From Trichoplax adhaerens (lineage: Eukaryota; Animalia; Placozoa), in assembly GCF_000150275.1 (NCBI RefSeq), contig NW_002060979.1, forward strand, positions 218,612-282,611: a stretch of DNA of 64,000 nucleotides. Direction: 5' to 3'. The translations under genes were made by a program, and so were the position numbers. Below, piece by piece: positions 37,376 to 52,000 of the stretch. Positions within the stretch are counted from its first letter, which is position 1. The number at the start of each line of letters is the position of its first letter. Below the pieces are notes generated by a model that had not been told where the DNA came from, made no database searches, and saw only the letters and a program-made list of their open reading frames with translations.

Positions 37376-40300
37376 ATGCAAGCCATTGCAGCAATTATTG
37401 ACGAGATTGCTTTAGAAGGATTAGAAGGTAAGCTAGTGGACGTAACTGCTCTCACTGCAGTTATCAATGGAATACCATTATCATGGAATAGGAAGGTTTG
37501 AATAAACATTGAGCAGTATCATGTTTACATTAGTGTACGTATGATAGTGTGTAGGCACAAGATGATGATCGCCATGTGTATTCATTGACCTAGTATGATA
37601 GGATAGGAGTCAAGTTGATCTAAATGCAGCATCAGTAGGATCAACTTTCATAGCTAATGCTACAATCTAATATGATAGGAATTACATTGCCTATATTATG
37701 GATGAGGATTGATCAACGTCAACCAAAAATCGATTTAACACTCGATGATGCGGCTAAAGAGTATATATGGCAGAAATTGGCGTCATTACCTTGTGGCATT
37801 ATCGATTATTTTATTGTACCCCATGCAAGAACATACTCCACTTTAGATGACAATCTCAATCAATGCTCTACAAATCAATGGTAACAACATTAAAATTAAA
37901 TTCCTACTTCATCACTTATACTAATATAATTCATATATTGTACACTAGTCATCATGAACGACTCTTTAATACATAGAATCTATTCATGATTGCATCCTAA
38001 TTGAAATAGGCCGTATTACTTCTGGCATCTCTGCGATAATTAATCTTCATCACCAATACTGTTATGATTTTTACGAGTATAATTATTATACGCGTGTATA
38101 GCAGCCACCGTCGACTAGTCTTGAATCAGTTGATTCTGTTCAATGGTTACATCATAATTGAATAGATTATAACAAATCATTTGAAATCTCTGTGATAATC
38201 TTCATGTCTGATAAGGGCATGATTCATGTATTATGTAGCCAGTGACTACTTAGTAGTAGCTGACCTAGAATAAATTGAATCAACTTATTGTAGTAACCGA
38301 CTAATTCAGTGGAGATGCTAAAGACTTGAATATTTATTATAATGATACTGCAGAGAGAAATGCAAATCTAAATTTGCTGTAAACGGATTACGTGTGTTAT
38401 CCTAACAGATCCGTTCTTGTAAAATGTCATATTTAATTTTTCATAGCTTAATGGACAAAGAGTCAAGTTGGCATAGAGAGAATGATCCGTATCCTTACAA
38501 CTTAATCAGCGACGAAACCAATGGAATTCGTGGCTCTTGCCGTGATTATTACACCCGTGATAAGATTACCAGCATTATCCGAAATGAAAATAATACTGCC
38601 AACACGTCCTTTCAAGAGGCGACAGCAATGTAAGCTAGAAATAAAGGCGCTAGTTATACCGTTGTACGGTATTGATATTATCTATGTGATGATCTTAATA
38701 AAATTTTATAATTTCTTAGTTATCTTAATGTGCATGCTGAGTCAGATATAATATTACTCAATTAATTAGCAAGTATTAGCATTCGGCGTATATTTCATCC
38801 GTAATCAATATAACTAGAATCAAGAAAAATTTCTACTTATTATAAATATAAATATATATTTAGTAAATTTTCCAAAGTAATTTTAATTTTTAGTATCTTA
38901 TTATATTTTCATCATATTAACTAATAAAATTGCCGATTACCTTCTCCATTTGCTATGTTTATTTCATACTATCTTTTAACCTTAATATTGGATATATGTC
39001 TATCAGTGAGTTGAATACCAATTTAATAAATTATTTTACAGGTGGGATGATAAACTTGTACTTGTTGCAAATCAACAAGTTAGAGACAGAGCATTATTTG
39101 GTACTGGGAATAATCCGTCCTTTTTTAACCTAACGGCAGATCAATTTTGTTTACTTGAACGTATTGGAAGGGCAAGATGGAGGGGAGAAACACAACGAAT
39201 ACTGGCAAAGTACTTCCTTAAGCTTGATTTTAAAAATATATTTCGTAAATTAAAATTTCTTTGGAGGTTGAAATTGATAACTCATCAAGTAAGCTCCCTA
39301 ATCTAATTTAGAACTTTTTTAATTAGCACCTCATAAAATACAGTAAAGCTATCAATTACGACATATTTTTTGCTAAAGATTCGAAAAGTGTTTTTATAAA
39401 AATGAATCAACGATTCCTTAATAAGACTTAATACGAGCTTAGATAATAGTATTGCTAAAAAGATTACTAACTAGTTAAACTCTAGAATTTTAAAAATTGC
39501 TGTCTCAAACAATTTCAGACGTCTCACGTAAAATTAAAATCTTCAAGTGTCATTCGTAGCAATTTATTGCTTCTATCCCGATTTCATACGCTTCAGCAGC
39601 ATAATACTAGAGAGAGTAACAAGGTAAAAATGTGTTCTTATCTTGAGCAACTTCCAGATAAGATTGCATCTCACAACGACGTAAGAAATCACTTGGTAAG
39701 ATGACCTTTTGCTACCTAAACTATTACAGCAATCCTGTTAAATATATGTTATATGTACGTATTAGGGTCTTGCACGAACAACATACAGAAAAGTCTGCCA
39801 AGCTCTAATTGCAGATGGTTTTATTGATATTATCAGTAATAAACGAAAGTCCACGCCTCAGTCCTATATTAGACTATTAAAAAGTTATCAATGCTCTGTT
39901 GAAAGTGATAGCAATGCATCAACTGAAGATGATTCTGACAACGGTTAGTGTTACCTCATATATCAACTTCATGTCATGAATGAACAACTGATTATTAGCA
40001 AGACATATACTGTATTACTGTCATTATATGCAGTACCGTAAGAGTAGTGATGGTGATAGGAGTTTCCACTTAACTGTACGTATGTTGTAGAATATACTGT
40101 ACTTTACAACTTTTACTACCAGAATTAAGGTGAAGGTAACTCTATTATGGGAATGTGAGAAACTAAAGAAACCTAATAATTGGTTTTCACAAAATTTTAG
40201 ATATTTACAGTTTATTTGAGAAGAAAATGTAAATTCTGAACGTTATAATATATTATTAAATGCATTATAGCAATATGTTAGGATGTAATATTTTATCTAA

Positions 40301-43300
40301 TAGTTGTAAAAGTGGGTTCCGTAATTTAATGTCTGAATTAATAATATGATGTAAGGAATTTGGTAAGTAAAAAGGATAAAATTTTTACCAACACTGAGAT
40401 AAAACTTTGCTACAAGACGTTTATATTGGTTTATGATATAATTGCATAGGCATAATACTATGTTAATGGGCTGTTTCAGATATGGCACATTCAGGTTCGG
40501 TGTCTGCTCCTAACATTGAAGAACCAATGCTGCAGCAAGTCTATAACATGATATATAATGAAAGTTATAACGGAATATCTAAACTTGTAAGCCAATACGT
40601 TTTTTAGCTTTTAACCTTAGCCTTGTTTTGTTGATAATGATTTTAGTCACTATAGGAATTTTGATTTGATTTAAATTACAACATAGGATTTACTGAAAAA
40701 AATTAGACTAAAATCGGCCGATATCAGGGTAATAATTAAACGTCTTCTGAATAGAAATTTCATTACTGAAATTTCAAAGAGCAGCGGAAAACAACGAAAA
40801 CTTCTGTAAATCTTATTATTATGCTGCTTTAATAATGTATAATGTGCGTAAGATGCCAGTCTGTCTGTGAAAGAAACTTACTATTTAAACATGATTATTA
40901 CTTTTCAAACTATGGCATCTACAATACAGCTATGTTGCTAAGGTGCTAGAAGAAAGTAGCTCTTTATATCAGAAAGTTGCGAACGAAGTTAAGAAAACCC
41001 GAGAATATTCTAACAAGTTAGCCGTTACTGGTTGACTTTGTGATTTAATAGTATTTATTATTGCTCTTTAATAACTAAATCGTTACAGTCCATTACTAGT
41101 TTTACTAATAAACGTTAACTTAAAATGTCAGAATGGACCAACTTGACACTTGTATTCGGAAATCAAAGGAGCCACCTACCTTGATTGACACCTCCGCTCA
41201 AGGCAATGGTCAAGAAATAGGGAACGTGATATTTGTTAAGCAAATTGTTGAAAATTCCAAAAGAGGTATATAATTTACCTCGTACAATTTTAATTTGAAC
41301 TTATAATTTATAGTATCAATCATTGCAGTTGGCTATAGGAGCTTAAAGAGACAAAATATGATTCTCGAATGGCTAAATGAGAAAAAATGTGTTCATGTCG
41401 ACAATTATTACGAAATCCTTCGTGTAAGTTAAGACTATAACTCTCACGATATTTTGAGGTTGAAATCCCTGACTAATGATGCATGCTAGCGGCCAATTAA
41501 TAAAATTATAATTATCGTACGGTTCTACAGTCCATAAGAAATACTGAACGCGATGAGGGCTTAAAAGAAGTCTGTGATTACAGAAGTATCAAGAGGTTAT
41601 CGTTTGTTAATTAAAATAACAATATTGGATTGCCTGATGCTCTTTTTGGTCATGAATAGTAGTATGCAATTTTCATCTATGGTATCTTCTATTAACAGAA
41701 TTCTCTTAATTTAATAAAGATTAATTAGTAAATTAACTAAAGAGGGTACGGTTAAAGTAATTGATAAAACTGCAACATGTTCCAACGGAAGTACTACGGT
41801 ATGTTGATTGTTGTACGTACTTGTTTGTTGCTGATGTGCTGACCTTACGTGAATCACTTTTACAAAATTATCTGCGGGGCTTTCTAGGTTTCATTCTTAT
41901 GCAGTCCTGATATCGAGATGGATGACGAATTGCTGAATAACCTTGTGATTCAGTACAGTTTGAAGATGGAAAAAGATGCAATTGGAAAGGTAATGCTAGC
42001 TCTAAACGTAAAGACGCATGTAAATACAATTTATACTATGTACTGTATATTGTATCATTTATTGGTACCCATCTAAACGTTACATTTATTTAGCAAAATA
42101 AATCTTTGCCTAAACAAGACGTTGTGGAGTTATCTGTAGCGCAACAGTCTGAAAATACCATTCTTCCAAAAAGGGAGCCCGACGTTCAGCTTGAACATAA
42201 TCCTGTTAGTACTGTACAACAGTAAATAAAAACTACGATAGTATTATTTACTGCTAAATAATTTCAGCTCCGTTATTTGTTAGTACAAATATATGAAAGC
42301 GATGCTACTGTTTCAGATTCGGCCTCAAAGTTATGGATATCTTCCAAAAATGCTTCGTTTAAAACTAGCTCATTGTTTTTTGTGGGAATTAGCCTATGGA
42401 CATAAATGTTTGTTCATTGAATAATTATGTATTCGTAAAGGGTCATTTGTTTTTACCTTTATCATAAAGCATTGTTTTTTGTTTCTTACTGATATGATTG
42501 ATTCTATGTGGACAATGGACAATGTAGTTGATGATGAAGTAGGCCCAGAAGAATCCTGGAGGCGATCGCTGTCAGCTTATAAAGGCAAAGTAACGTTAGA
42601 TGATGGATGGATTAATTTGGAAACTATCCTTAATGTCACTCCTTTATCTGTCTTATGCAAGCTAGTATCTTTCCGTTACAATGTATGATATATTTCAGTA
42701 TAAGATGTTTCTATAAACTATCTCAACAAAACAAATGTACTATACGAGTGTGTCGGATGGTGACAATATAATATGATACATGTTTGGATTTTATCTTCTT
42801 TCTTTTAAGATTGAAGGACTAGAAGAGTACTTAGGAGATAGTAAAACAGCCGATACACTGTTCTACCGTTTACCGATAAAATTAAGGGAACAATTAGAAC
42901 CTAATAGGTATCAACTTGCCTTACCTTACCTACATATCAATACATTTGATGACGCTTGTGATACTTTGCTTGCATATAATCTGTATGAAGGCTCCATGTA
43001 TGGAAATATCTGGATACACTGAATATGTTATGCAAAATGGGATTATTAAGCAGTACCGAAAATGGTCCAAACTCCAGAAAATCAAATGTTAGCATACTTT
43101 ATGATATTTTTCAGTAATGTGTTCATGATTAGTTCTTGGAGCATTAACAATCGAAATACAACTTCCCTTTGTGCTACATATAGGCTCAATTTCGTGTTTC
43201 TGATACTGGATATTTTATTGACACTTCAAGCAGAAGTAATGACTACAGTTGCAAAAGCTATAAATTGGAATCTTTTAGGAGTGTTGTTCGATTTTGGAGA

Positions 43301-46300
43301 GATCTGCAATCCGTTTGCTTATCAACAGATATCGGTGCGAGTTTGCGCTTTCATCGATTCAGATTATATGTAGTTTTGTTAACTTACATGATTAATTTTG
43401 CATTGAATGCAATTGTAGACAAATTAGCAAAGGTGGAAGATGGGTTAACGAGACAATATAAGGTTCGCGATAATCTGCTAGGTAACGGAAAAGGTGCTGG
43501 TGGGCTTGATTCGGGATTCTTTAGCCATCTAGTTCGAAATTGGAAAATTGCAACTACTTCGTTTGAGGCATCACTTCAGTCGGAAATTGAGATCGATCAA
43601 TCATATTTTGTAATTCTTTTTTTATTCTTAACTAGGAACAATACCATATGTTGATAAAATAACTGGATGATTATTTGTCTCTTAATCAGTATCCTAAAAT
43701 TAGGCGATTGAAGTCACTAAGTAAGATTGAAAACAATAATTTATCGAAGATTAAAAGATTAGCCAAGTTAAATGAAGGGACACATGATTCGCATTTATTA
43801 GGTAACTTTAATCAAGATTGATATTTCTGCTCACTATTTTCTGATTAATAACAACGATATCGAAATAGAAAATAAAAAGGGCGATCAAGTATCTTCGTCT
43901 ACTGCTGTATCCACTTCTTCTCAGGCTATTACAAAATCGGCCGAAGTTATATCAAAGAAGCGGAAAAAAAATTTTGGTAAGTTTCAATGGTATCAAGTAC
44001 GGTAACTGTTATTGAAATCCCTACCCTTACTTTTTTTACTGACAGTATATTAACGGGTTTACTTAGGCATTACGAAGGATGATAAATTGCTCAAGAAACG
44101 TAAAAATTTATACACTCGCGAAGAAGAGGACATGGTAGCTAAAATAATTTAATAGCCTTGATAGCTTAATATTGTAAGTATTAGGCATCCTTTCATGGAG
44201 GCTAATTTTCATATATGTTACAGATTTTAATATGCCAAGCTGTTAAAATTGGCTTGCGGCAGATTGGAGTTGCGATTGGTTCTTGGTCCTTCATACGAGA
44301 TGAAATTGAGCGATTACTTCCTGTCAGTATCACTTTTATCATAGAGTAGCGTATTAGCTGAAATATCTAATGACGGTTTAGGGAATTAGTTAATATATTG
44401 TAGTTGTTATTCTATAGTATGCCGCTAGTAGGACCTCTGAAATGCTTCGACATCGCTATGATAAGCTTATAAAGAATCAAGAGTGTATGAGGAAACTAGA
44501 TAAATATGTAAACGAAACTGTTAATGTCAATGTAAGATTTAGATCACTTCCTAATATACTTGGATAAAATCTATATTTAAGTCAATGTTATTATTTAGGC
44601 ATGCACGATATTATACTGATAAGGGTTGCAATTTGTACATAGTCCGATTACATTAGCAACGCAAAACTGACACCGGAGGAAAAATTTAGATCGTCTGTGA
44701 AGTATCTGCTAAATGGAAGTGGACAATACCAACGTGATGAATTATTACCAGCCATCCAACATTATGGAAGGAATTCCAGATGGTTATGATGTTCAGTCAA
44801 GTGTAGGAAAGAAATCCCCCTATCTAATTATAATTGCACAAGCATTTATGATAATATGTATAAGCTGTGCTAACTGCAATCAATATGGATTCATTTTAGG
44901 TTACCGAAAGTTATCCAGCTGCCCTTGCGCCGAAAATTAAAAATGTTGCAGATATTACGCGTGGGGTTTTACAACAACTTTTAATGGTTTGTCATGAATA
45001 TTTTCGCCTGTATATTAGTTCATAGAACATGATATGATAACTAGCAAGAATTGACAACGAAAATTCATAATAAAGCATTTCTTTTCTAGGCCTCGCTGTC
45101 ATTAAAGGGTGAACAATATAATTCTAATGATATCTATAGGCTTCTTCATACTTTTCCATCTGTAAGTTCTGCTTTTCGTCGACTATAAGTTTAGATTCAA
45201 TTTTTAAAATTGTATAAGTAGGAAATGTTCTTTGTATGGGTAATTGCAGGCTGACTTAGAAAACGCCTTTGAAGATCTTAAGCAGCGAGGCTTGATTAAA
45301 AAGGTGACTAAATATTTATTAGGCTTAGAAATTAGTTGATCTTTAGAATCGGTTGCTATAAGCAATGTTGAGTAGCATTATAGTCAGCATATTGAATCTG
45401 GATGAGGTTAGATTGATAAAGTAATATTTAACTGCATTATACAATAACTCACTATCGAGTCAATCAAAGGTGGGGTTGAATATTATAATCGCCAGCAGTG
45501 CTGCGATAATTATTAAATAGAAGATATATTTTTAGCTGTAGCGTGTATTTGCTCTGCTTAAATGATTAATTACTGCTAGAATCAAGTTTATTAAATTACG
45601 AAGCTATAACAAAAGTATTACAACGGCTTATTCGAGTTCCAAATGATCGTCATAATTAGTTCCGCAGTCGGGATCGCGCATCGGAAACATTAGCGACGTT
45701 TGGTAAACAATATGCAATGTCGCATAGGTATGGAATATTTCGGGATTGGACTTTACACATTCGCATACATTTAAGACTTTTTCTTCTTCACTTGTAACTG
45801 ATGTTAGGTATGATAGAAGACTATCGCATAAGATTCCGTTAACTATATTTTCTTCAGCTCAAGTCATTTCGAGTTTGTTATTAACTGTATCTTCTGGCAA
45901 TAACAACTATTATAAATTTCCATTGCATTTGAATGGCGTAGAACTTGCTTGTCTGCTGTCATTATTAACTAGAGAGTTCGTAAGTAACGGAGTTTATATA
46001 GCACAAAATTGAGTAAGGAAATATTTTTTGTTGTCATCATGTTACATAACTGTTGTAGTAACTTTGTTAATTTTTTGGTTAAAGATATCAATCAAGTTGG
46101 CGCTGCCTCAGCAAATTATATGCTTGAATGCTCAGAGTGATGATTCGACTGTTTATACGCAGAAAAAGACGTTATATGTAGGCAATAATGAAGTGTCTAA
46201 CGAAAATTTGTTAGTTTGTGTCGAGAAGGAAATAGTTACAGAGAATGAAGGCGTTGGCGAATCATCTTTTGCTATTCGAAACACAACCACTTATGACAAT

Positions 46301-47790
46301 TTATTGCTAAATTCTTGTGATATTCAATGCCGAATTAAACAACAAAACTTTCGTGAGGATCAGATTACTGGCGAAGGTATTTCTGAAGACATGTTATCCT
46401 TCCGTAACGAAATAACAACGTCAGCAATCCAGCCGTGCGATACAAATATTGGCATGAAACTTCTTGGACAAAAATTTAGCTACGGTGAAGCATTATTATC
46501 CTTGGTAAAGAATATTCTGAATATTGTCAGGAAAACGAATTCTATCGGAATAACTATTAAAGATTTAAAGGTGTTATATCATTACATGATTTCACGTTTG
46601 TAATAATCTATGATTTTTAATTTTTTAAAATTGAAGCTAGCATTGAAGGTCCTTGTTGTTTATAACGTGTTTTTACAGGCAAAATTAACCCCTTGTAACG
46701 ACGATTATGTTCATACATTAGATGAAGTATTGCGAGATCTTATCAATTTAGAAATGGTATGGCTACAAAGCTGCCTTATAGGAAGATGTTTGTTATGTTT
46801 TGATTATTGTATCGCATCTATTTTTATGCAGGTTTACATGATTGGATTTACTGAGAAGCGCATTGTGGCAAATGATTTTATAAAGCCTTGGTCATTTAGA
46901 ATAATAAATGTACAGTGAGATATTTATTATCAATCTTACTACGGTACTAATAAATAGCTAAAATTTCATTTGTATTTCATTCTACTTATTAGAGTGATGA
47001 AACTGATAATAAAGGTATCTGTAGCGATACCGAAAATCTAAGGTTAGAAAATGGAGTGTAGCCATTCCATTTTGTTTATCGGATGTTCTATAACAAAATT
47101 AAATTTGTTCTATAATTAGTAAATTATTTATTGGAAAACCATGGTATAATGCTCGCGGACAGATGGTTAAAGACACAATATTGCAATACGAGCAGTCTAT
47201 CCTTTTATACATTTTGACCAATCCTGGCGTGACCAAGGTAAAAATGCTAGCAATCAAGACTGTGTAATATCTCAAAATATAATCTGACAATATGATCAAT
47301 TATGTCTTACAATAGATGAAAATTATCGACAGATTTAAAGACGTGATACACGATAGTGTAATTTTGGACATACTTGAGGTAAAATTGGACTAGATATCAT
47401 CGATAATGGTTAAAAAATAGACATATTTGATTCATGTTTTCCTAATTAACTGTGCTTAACCCTATAATTATTCTTAACGTATTTAATAGGCATTACTTGG
47501 TAGTTCCTGTATTCATCGAGAAATGTATGCACAACCAACTAAAATTACATTATTTTCATGTCCGGAAGACTCAATGCTTCGACCAGTTTCTACCAGTGAG
47601 TCTCAATTCATGAATGTTATTATATTGCTATGACAAAGGTTGCAATTATTAATTGTACGTCTATGATATAATTGAATTTTTTATGACTATTTTTTTGCCA
47701 GGTTTGCATTGTATGGACACAAATGAAGATTATCACGTATATTTTCCGATGGAAAATTGCCTTGACATCTTCACTAGTCGTGGCCAATAA
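37376..47790 (+). CDS. GTF3C1: General transcription factor IIIC subunit 1 (TFIIIC220, B-block binding subunit), more than 30 exons
   Basis: The N-terminus MQAIAAIIDEIALEGLEG|ITLPILWMRIDQRQP...KEYIWQKLA and DPYPYNLISDETNGIRGSCRDYYTR match the characteristic GTF3C1 start (DEVALEGLDG...LW..L; GIQGSC). LLERIGRARWRGE is also present. C-terminal blocks are LLNSCDI, FIGCSITKLNL, and RAIVLTILQYEQSILLYILTNPGV-like / LFS...YFPMENCL, with a stop at 47788-47790. Internal exons were not all resolved. Confidence 0.9.
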
Positions 47791-49003
47791 TTTAATGTAT
47801 GATCACCATAATAAGAGCATTACGATGGTAGGAATTTTTGTAGCACTTGATTGTGTCTTTTTCTAGGCTGCAAACGAATATATATATATACATCGCACAT
47901 CTAATGATAGCATCTGCAGTGCAATCTAGTCGTAGACTGCAACATACTGTATTCTATATTATGATATTAGCACATTCTACCTAATATGCATTTGAACTTT
48001 AAGATTATTGTTCTCAGGATGATTATTATGTTCGATATATCTATACAATAAAATATTTGAAAATTAAATATTCGTCTACGATCAAATCGAGCTATCCAAA
48101 CGTGGCTATTTTATAGAAGCATTGAGGTCTGTTATATGATCTATGGATGGACAATGTGACATTTTAAATGCCTACTGCAGTACCTACGCTGCCTTGTCTT
48201 TACTTCCAACTAGTTAGAATAATGTCGAATTTTAGATAGTAGGATAGCGTATACAGTACTGTCTTATAAGTGATTGAATTTATCTAAGAAACGATAGGAT
48301 TGGTCGAAATGTTCGTGATGTGTTATCGTGGAAATTGATAAATAAGATGAAATTTAAATATTAAAGTAGCATCTGTTATGTACATTAATATTGTGAATGG
48401 AATCTTTTAAAGTCTTGGCCGAGTTGTATAAAATAGCTACCATTTAAGCAGTAATTTTTATTATTATCTTTTTAAATAATGTATAATGGTTCTATGGCAT
48501 TATTGTTTAAATTATATTTTAAGCTATTCTTATTAGCCTCTTCATTTCTATAAGAGAAACAAATAAATTTGCCAACAATCATCTTTTATTGATAGGAGTA
48601 ACAAAACATCACTATAGTAGACACATTATTGCAGAGATGATGTCTATTGTATTACCTTAGTCATGGAAGTTTAAAAATAAAAATGTAAAAAATGTTTTAA
48701 AGTAAGATAATTAAGTAATTTATAAATAGGACGCAAAGTGTAGATCTTAGTATTGAGTAAGTTCATGAACAAAAAGGCTGGTAGCAGTCGAATTAGGGAG
48801 ATAACTAACTTTTCAATGTTGACTTAGGTAGTCTATAGCAATCGTTTCCTATACATCTGGTCTTTTCGATGTATTGTATTAAGATATTTTAAAATTCCTT
48901 ACTGGGTAAAACCGACTATAAGAATTACAAGGTGAGGGTGAAAGCGCAAAAGAGTAAAAGAAGAGTGAAATAAAAGGGGAAAGAAACCGTTGCTAATGAA
49001 ATT

Positions 49004-52000
49004 ATGATCATGAAACTAGAAGATGATCAAGTGGATAAAGTAGACAGGAAAACATCTCTATCGAGTGATGGTAGCAACGGGATTCTGGCTAGTATAGAAG
49101 ATAAAATTGATCAAGATGATCTAAATCAATTGAAGCCAGTTATAAACGACATACGATCAATAACATCGTCTACGGTGGACAGAAATGTTAGAACCATTAT
49201 TGATATATTAAGTGGCAACAAACAAGACGGTCGAAAATTTGACTATAAACGATACTTCAAAACAGCAACAATATGTCGGCAAATCTTAGTAGAAATATTA
49301 TCGTATTACCCTCTAACTTGTCAACAAATTGAATTATTATTACCCTCTGTTCGTTTACTCACTGATAAATTTCGTGAAATAATTAACTTTGAAGAGAAAG
49401 ATCAGCAAGCTGAAAGTTGTTATGATGACCAGTTAGGAAAGGATAATTCTAAATATCAACAGCGATCATCCGTTGATCTCTTATCGATATATGCTACCTT
49501 TATGGAATTATTAATTATCGAAGATTTAATCCGCCAAAGTACCAGTTTACATCCAGTTCACGTTGCATATTGCTATGCTCAATGGTATCATCGTTGTCAT
49601 CAAATTTTACGTAATAATAACCGTAAAATATTATTTGAATTAATGATGGACTTGAAAGACCATCTTATTGACTATCAATACTGCTATATAGCAATAGATT
49701 GTTTAAGTCAAATCATTCAATCATCATATTGTTCTTATGATCTAAAATTGATCGCTATTTATGGTACTGAATATCAACCTAGTATTGCTAAAGTCAGTAT
49801 ATTAGGTTATAAAGATTTATTAGATTACTGCCTTCATCGTTTACCTTATAATACTCGGCAACTTAAAATTGTTGTCTATAAGTGGCTAATGGATATGCTA
49901 ACGATTATACAACTTCCGTCATTATCCGATACATTACGAAAGCCCCTTTATGATGAATTAAAGCAACGTCTAGTCTGTATTCCCGCTGAGATACGACACC
50001 AATGCCTTCAAGATTCATTGATTACTGATTCACAGCTTCAATTAATTCTACAAGAATCTGAGACTCCCCATAGCCCGCAACGAGAGCAGCAAGGTCGACA
50101 AAAGCAACATGAAAACCATCGAGAACAACACCAAGAACAACAACGACAACAACAGGAACAGCAGCAGCGGCAACAACAGCAATATTATCGATGCTTCATC
50201 GATAATATTGAACTACCTAATTCTATTATCGGTCAACCATTTCAATTAATATGTTTGCCTAGTCGATTTCCTAACTTTATGAGAAACCATGATCATTTAA
50301 TGGGTATTGAAAGTCAGTTAAAAAAAAATAAAAATTGCGCTATTCAAGGTGAGTCTGGTCTTGGTAAGACAACACTTGCAATTGAATACGCTCATCAGCA
50401 TCGCCATTTTTATGATATTATTTATTATTTCGACGCCTCCAGTATATTATCTTTGCAACGGGATTTTATTAGATTAGGTATCGAGTTATGTCGTAGTAGT
50501 CGAGTTCATTCTTTTCGATTTACCTTATATGAAAATTTATGCCAACTGCTAGGTCATTATAATGATATCGCGATCAATCCTCATGACTATAATTATTATG
50601 ATGATAAAATAATATCCTTGATGGACAGGATCTATTACGATCATGGTTGGATATTTCATCCATGGTTGAAATCATTTATTAGCCTAATCATTGATATTTT
50701 ACAAAGTCATCATTCTGCTTTATTAATTTTTGATGATATTAGATACCTACAGTGGATAAAAACCTATCTACCAGGTGGAGAGAATATTCATGTCATTCTT
50801 GTTTTTGATCAAGTCCATAATGATGATACAATCAGATTTATTAAAGTTAAACCGTTATCGTCGGAAATATCGCGTCGATATTTACAGAAAGTTCCTCTGG
50901 CCAAGACAACAACATCCAATGACGATACTCAAGCTTCAGCAGCTGCTACGACCAATGCTACTGCTATAGCTACTACTACCAATGCTACTACTACTACTAC
51001 TGCTACTACTAATAGTAGTACTACGGTTAATACTAATACTAATCAAAACGGTCAAAATGGTGGTAGGAGAATATCTCGACAATATCTTAACCGTCTAAAT
51101 GATTCATCGCCATTAACAATATTAACAGAATTATGTCATGGCTGTCCATTATTATTGCACTTTATTCGGTCCTATACTCAAGTAAGTCATATTACATTAG
51201 GTGATTATTATCAAGAAGTTGTAAATGATATTGCTCCGTTAACCTACTCTAATCAATCAAATCGCCATCTAATGACCGTTGCAGTAGCAATAATCTTAGT
51301 CAAACCAGCTGTTACCTCCATATTTCAACAGTATCCAATTGCAGCAGAATTGTTAACCTTTATTTCATTTGTATCACCGCGACATATTGATAAAATTGAA
51401 TTGCTCCATTACCTAAATTATAATAGCCATAGTCGCCAGGACTTGAATTTTGCTATTCAAATACTCTATAATTATGGTATGATTAATGAAAGTTGCCATG
51501 GTTACCGTATTCATTCCATTATTCAAAATGTTGTCCATATGAAATTGAAAGATGAGAAAATCTATCAACAAACTATCGATTCTATCTTAACCTATTTCTT
51601 ACATCAATTTGAAGAATTAGAAAAGATCTCAACCCTCTATCCATATTACAATCGACACCAATTCTATTATGAATTGGTTGTCCATGCCGAATATTGTTGT
51701 CGTTATGCTAATGGCAATCATCATAATTTAGCTGAAATTGCGGCCAAAATTAAATTACATTTAGCTAAATGTTACTTACAGTCCTACTGTTATACACAAG
51801 CAGACGACTATTGCCAAGCGTCATTACAATATTTCATGAATCATGATGGTGTAAATGATAGTAAAACGTGCCAATGTTATGATATTTTAGCTCGTATCGA
51901 TTATGCCACTGGTCAATTTCAATCAGCATTAGATTATCTTCAGTTATCGTTAAAATGTAAGCAAGAGTTGTTAGAGCAATCGCATCATATACAATTTATT

